Shown here piece by piece: positions 60,925-64,000 of a stretch of 64,000 nucleotides of DNA (position 1 is its first letter; each line of letters starts with the position of its first letter). Below the pieces are notes generated by a model. It was given only the letters and a program-made list of their open reading frames with translations, was not told where the DNA came from and ran no database searches. The stretch covers positions 90,169,274 to 90,233,273 of the forward strand of contig NC_057718.1 of assembly GCF_004010195.1 (NCBI RefSeq), given 5' to 3'. The position numbers were made by a program, and so were the translations under genes. The stretch comes from Chiloscyllium plagiosum (taxonomy: Eukaryota).

Positions 60925-61372
60925 CTCTGGACTGGAAGATTTCAGTTATAAAGAGAGGTTAGACAGGCTGGGGCTTTTTTCCCTAGAGCATAGGAGACTG
61001 AAGGGAGACCTTATAGAAGTCTATAAAATCCTGAGAGGCACAGATAAGGTAGCTAGCTGATAGCTTTTCCCCATAGTAGGGGAGTCTAAAACTAGAGGGC
61101 ATAGGTTTAAGGTGAGAGGGGAGAGATACAAAAGAGTCCGGAGGGGCAATTTTTTCACACAGAGGATGGTGAGTGTCTGGAATGGTCTGCCAGAGGTAGT
61201 GGTGGAAGTGAGTACAATTTCATCATTTAAGAAACATTTAGACAGATACATGAATGGTATAGATATGGACCAAATACAGGCAAATGGGACAGTTCTAATT
61301 GTGAAAACTGGGCACCATGGACAAGTTGGGCTGAAGGGCCTGTTTCCACGCTGTAGACCTCTATGACTCTAT
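60925..61372 (+). mobile_element. CR1-type LINE 3' fragment
   Basis: RGERYKRVRRGNFFTQRMVSVWNGLPEVVVE. Confidence 0.85.
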
Positions 61373-62014
61373 TCCATCAGAGATGGGGAGACGGAGGACA
61401 GAGACCTCCTTGCTGCCTCCTTGACATGGCCATCCTCACTGAGGTGGGATCACCTGAGGAATCCTCAAAAGTCTTATTTCTTGCATTTATTTTAAGACAG
61501 CAGGTCGAGTCAAAGCTGTCCTTCACGAGGGTTAATTTTCCACATCTGAACCTTTCCGCACCCTGCTGCGATGTTGTCTGGTAAAGCCAGTGTGCATCTG
61601 TCCCGTAAATGTCATTTCATTTCTCCGAGTGGAATAAATTAAAATAAACATTTGATCTATCATCTGCCCTGCGTGTGACATAACCTCAGGATTCCTGATG
61701 TGAAGTGATTTTTCTTGTTGTCTGACTCATCATTTATGTAACCATTTCTTGGAGAGAAAGATAAAAGAGCTCAAAGTCTACTCATGACCAGCATTTATTT
61801 TAAGGTGCGTTATTGATGGTTTTTATTGGATAAAGGTTAAAATCTTTCCTCCAGACTCCATTAACCTGAAGGACTAAATATAAATTTCAATTACAGCTGC
61901 TACAGCGAGGAAAAAGCATTAAGCCTGACTTTAAACTTTGTTTCAGTGTGATTTTATGAACAGCAAAGATGAAGGGTTATTTTGGTTACTCTTCAAGTTG
62001 GACATTTTGGTGAA

Positions 62015-62545
62015 TTTTGGGAATATTACATTCAGTTCTGGTCTCCCTGCTAAAGGAAAGTTGTTGTGAAACATGAAAGGGCTCAGAAAAGATTTATAAG
62101 GATGTTGCCAGGGTTGGAGGTTTTGAGCTATAGGGAGAGGCTGGGGCTGTTTTCCCTGGAACATTGGAGGCTGAGGTTGCAGAGGTTTATAAAATCATGA
62201 GGGGCATGGATAGGGTGAATAGTCAAAGTCTTTTCCTAATTGTAGGGGAGTCCAGAACTCAAGGCTATAGGCTTAGGGTGAGAGGTGGAAGATTTAAAAA
62301 GGACCTGTGGGGCAATTTTTCACGCAGAGGGTGGTACGTGTACGGAATGAACTGCCAGAGGGAGTGATGGAGGTTGTTACAATTACAACATTTAAAAGAC
62401 ATCTGGTTGGGTACATAAATAAGAAGAGTTTACAGGGATATGGGCCAAATGCTGGCAAATAGAACTAGATTAATTTCAAATATCTGGTCAGCATGGATAA
62501 GTTGGACTGAAGGTTCTGTTTCCATACTGTACACCCCTATGATTC
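62015..62545 (+). mobile_element. CR1/HER1-type LINE 3' fragment
   Basis: EVYKIMRGMDRVNSQSLF and tail. Confidence 0.85.
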
Positions 62546-62984
62546 TCAGTAGACTTGACACTGTTACCACATCCTTCAGACTGGGTGGGTTGGGGTGTAG
62601 TCTACTCATTCGGTGATAAACATTCCCTTCATGGTTCAAAGTGGAATTATTTCAGATGGCCTGACCCATTTCCACGCTCCTGGTAGTTTGCACAAATTGC
62701 CGCCTTCTTGATGATCCCAGTGCAGAGGGCTGAATTATGAAGTGAGAGTTCAGGGAAATACTGGTGAGAGTTTAATTTGGGTCAGCTCTGGTCAGTTACT
62801 TTTGAGTTTCGGGGGGGAGGGGGAAGCGGGTGTGAGTGGTGGGGAGGTGGGGTTGTGGAGAATGCGGAGAGTGAGGGGGGATTGAAGGAGGATTTGGTGG
62901 TGTGCAGGTTTCGCTATGTCAAAGGAGCTCATCAGAGTGGGTTTTAAAAAAAATTCATTCACAGGATGAGGGTGTCGCTGGCTA

Positions 62985-63580
62985 GGAAAAGCACTGGAAA
63001 ACCAGATGTAGGAAAACAGGATGAGCCAGTGAATTTTGTTGGAGTGGTAATGGAAATCACAGTGGAGGCTAGAAAGCTATACTAGAATGTACGAGCTGGT
63101 CGGAGGTTGGTTAAGGAGGAAATGCCAGATCTTCTTAAACCATATACCTGTGATGGTAGAGTTTACTCACATGGGCCAGGAGCAGCTGGTAAAGAGGTTA
63201 CAATGTTAAGAGATACAGGATCCTCTCAATCTGTGATGTTGAAAGATGAGTAGGTATGTACCTCTGAAGGACTATTACCAGAAAAGGTGCTAGTAACAGG
63301 AATTCACGATGAGACAAGAAGCGCTCAATTATGTAGAGTGAGGTTAGAGTGTCCAGTGAGGAGTGGAGAAGTCATAGTAGAGGTACTGGACAAACTCTCA
63401 GCTCAAGGAATACAATTTGTCCTTGCTAATGACATAACTGGTTCACAGGTGGGAGTGCTGCCTACTGTGGTTGAAAAGCCAGTGGAAACTCAGGCAACTG
63501 AACTATTGCAGGACAGATGTCAGATTTTTTCTGGACTGTGTGGTAATGAGGTCACCAGTTAAAACAAAAGAGATCAGAAT
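62985..63580 (+). pseudogene. Ty3/Gypsy-type LTR retrotransposon gag-end/aspartic protease remnant
   Basis: PYTCDGRVYSHGPGAAGKEVTMLRDTGSSQSVMLKDE*VCT...GIQFVLAND; DTG active-site motif near 63212 and an in-frame TAG near 63251. Confidence 0.75.
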
Positions 63581-64000
63581 ATAGAATAACAACCTATCCA
63601 AAATCCCAACAGATTATCCCAATTTGGTGATGCTGTTCCAAATTCCTACAATAATCCCCATAAACACCCCTGGGCAAAAAATGATAAAATCAAACACAAG
63701 GTCTTGTGGGACGGAGAGAGGGAGAGAGAGAGAGATGGTAGAGAGATTCAGCATGGAACACCTTATTCCATGTAACTGTTTCTTTGACCAGCAGCCTCAT
63801 AAAGCTGACTGACTGCTTTCTCTGAACAGCCAGACTGCTCACACCAAACCAAACCAGAGAAAAGCTGAACTGGGAAAGCTGGCCACTCCCCTTTCATTGA
63901 ACAAGTGTTTAAACCTTGCAATATCTGTTAGCTATTATAAAACTGGCCTTAAAACCCACCCAAGCCAGACCTCCCGGAGTCTCTGCATTTACGACCCCTC

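Overview
Eukaryotic, repeat-dense, mostly intronic DNA from a cartilaginous fish. The shark assignment is inferred from about 23 HE1-type V-SINE copies and CR1/HER1-type LINE 3' ends; the species cannot be determined from the sequence. One host coding exon is recognisable, and the ORF track misses its frame: 49019-49194 (+) encodes the C-terminal 51 aa and stop codon of DTD1 (D-aminoacyl-tRNA deacylase 1 / DUE-B). No earlier DTD1 exon was found, so 1-49018 is probably one long intron. A candidate non-coding last exon starts at 54203. The rest is a nested set of CR1 and L2 LINE fragments, at least four SINE types, Tigger/pogo-like MITEs, a decayed Gypsy gag-protease piece, and several families of Penelope-like element (PLE) remnants. 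The most striking structure is the PLE set: short fold-back elements carrying minimal hammerhead-ribozyme cores (CTGANGA...GAAA) on one or both strands plus a one-sided 35-40 nt tail; one copy has an 11-bp target-site duplication. Also noted: an HE1 SINE expanded into a 52/53-bp minisatellite, four RFX X-box-like palindromes, and a possible pseudoknot over the last splice acceptor. Repeat boundaries were read by eye and are approximate (tens of bp). Nearly all listed ORFs are retroelement debris or spurious. N gaps lie at 1035-1115, 5674-5875 and 51924-51953.
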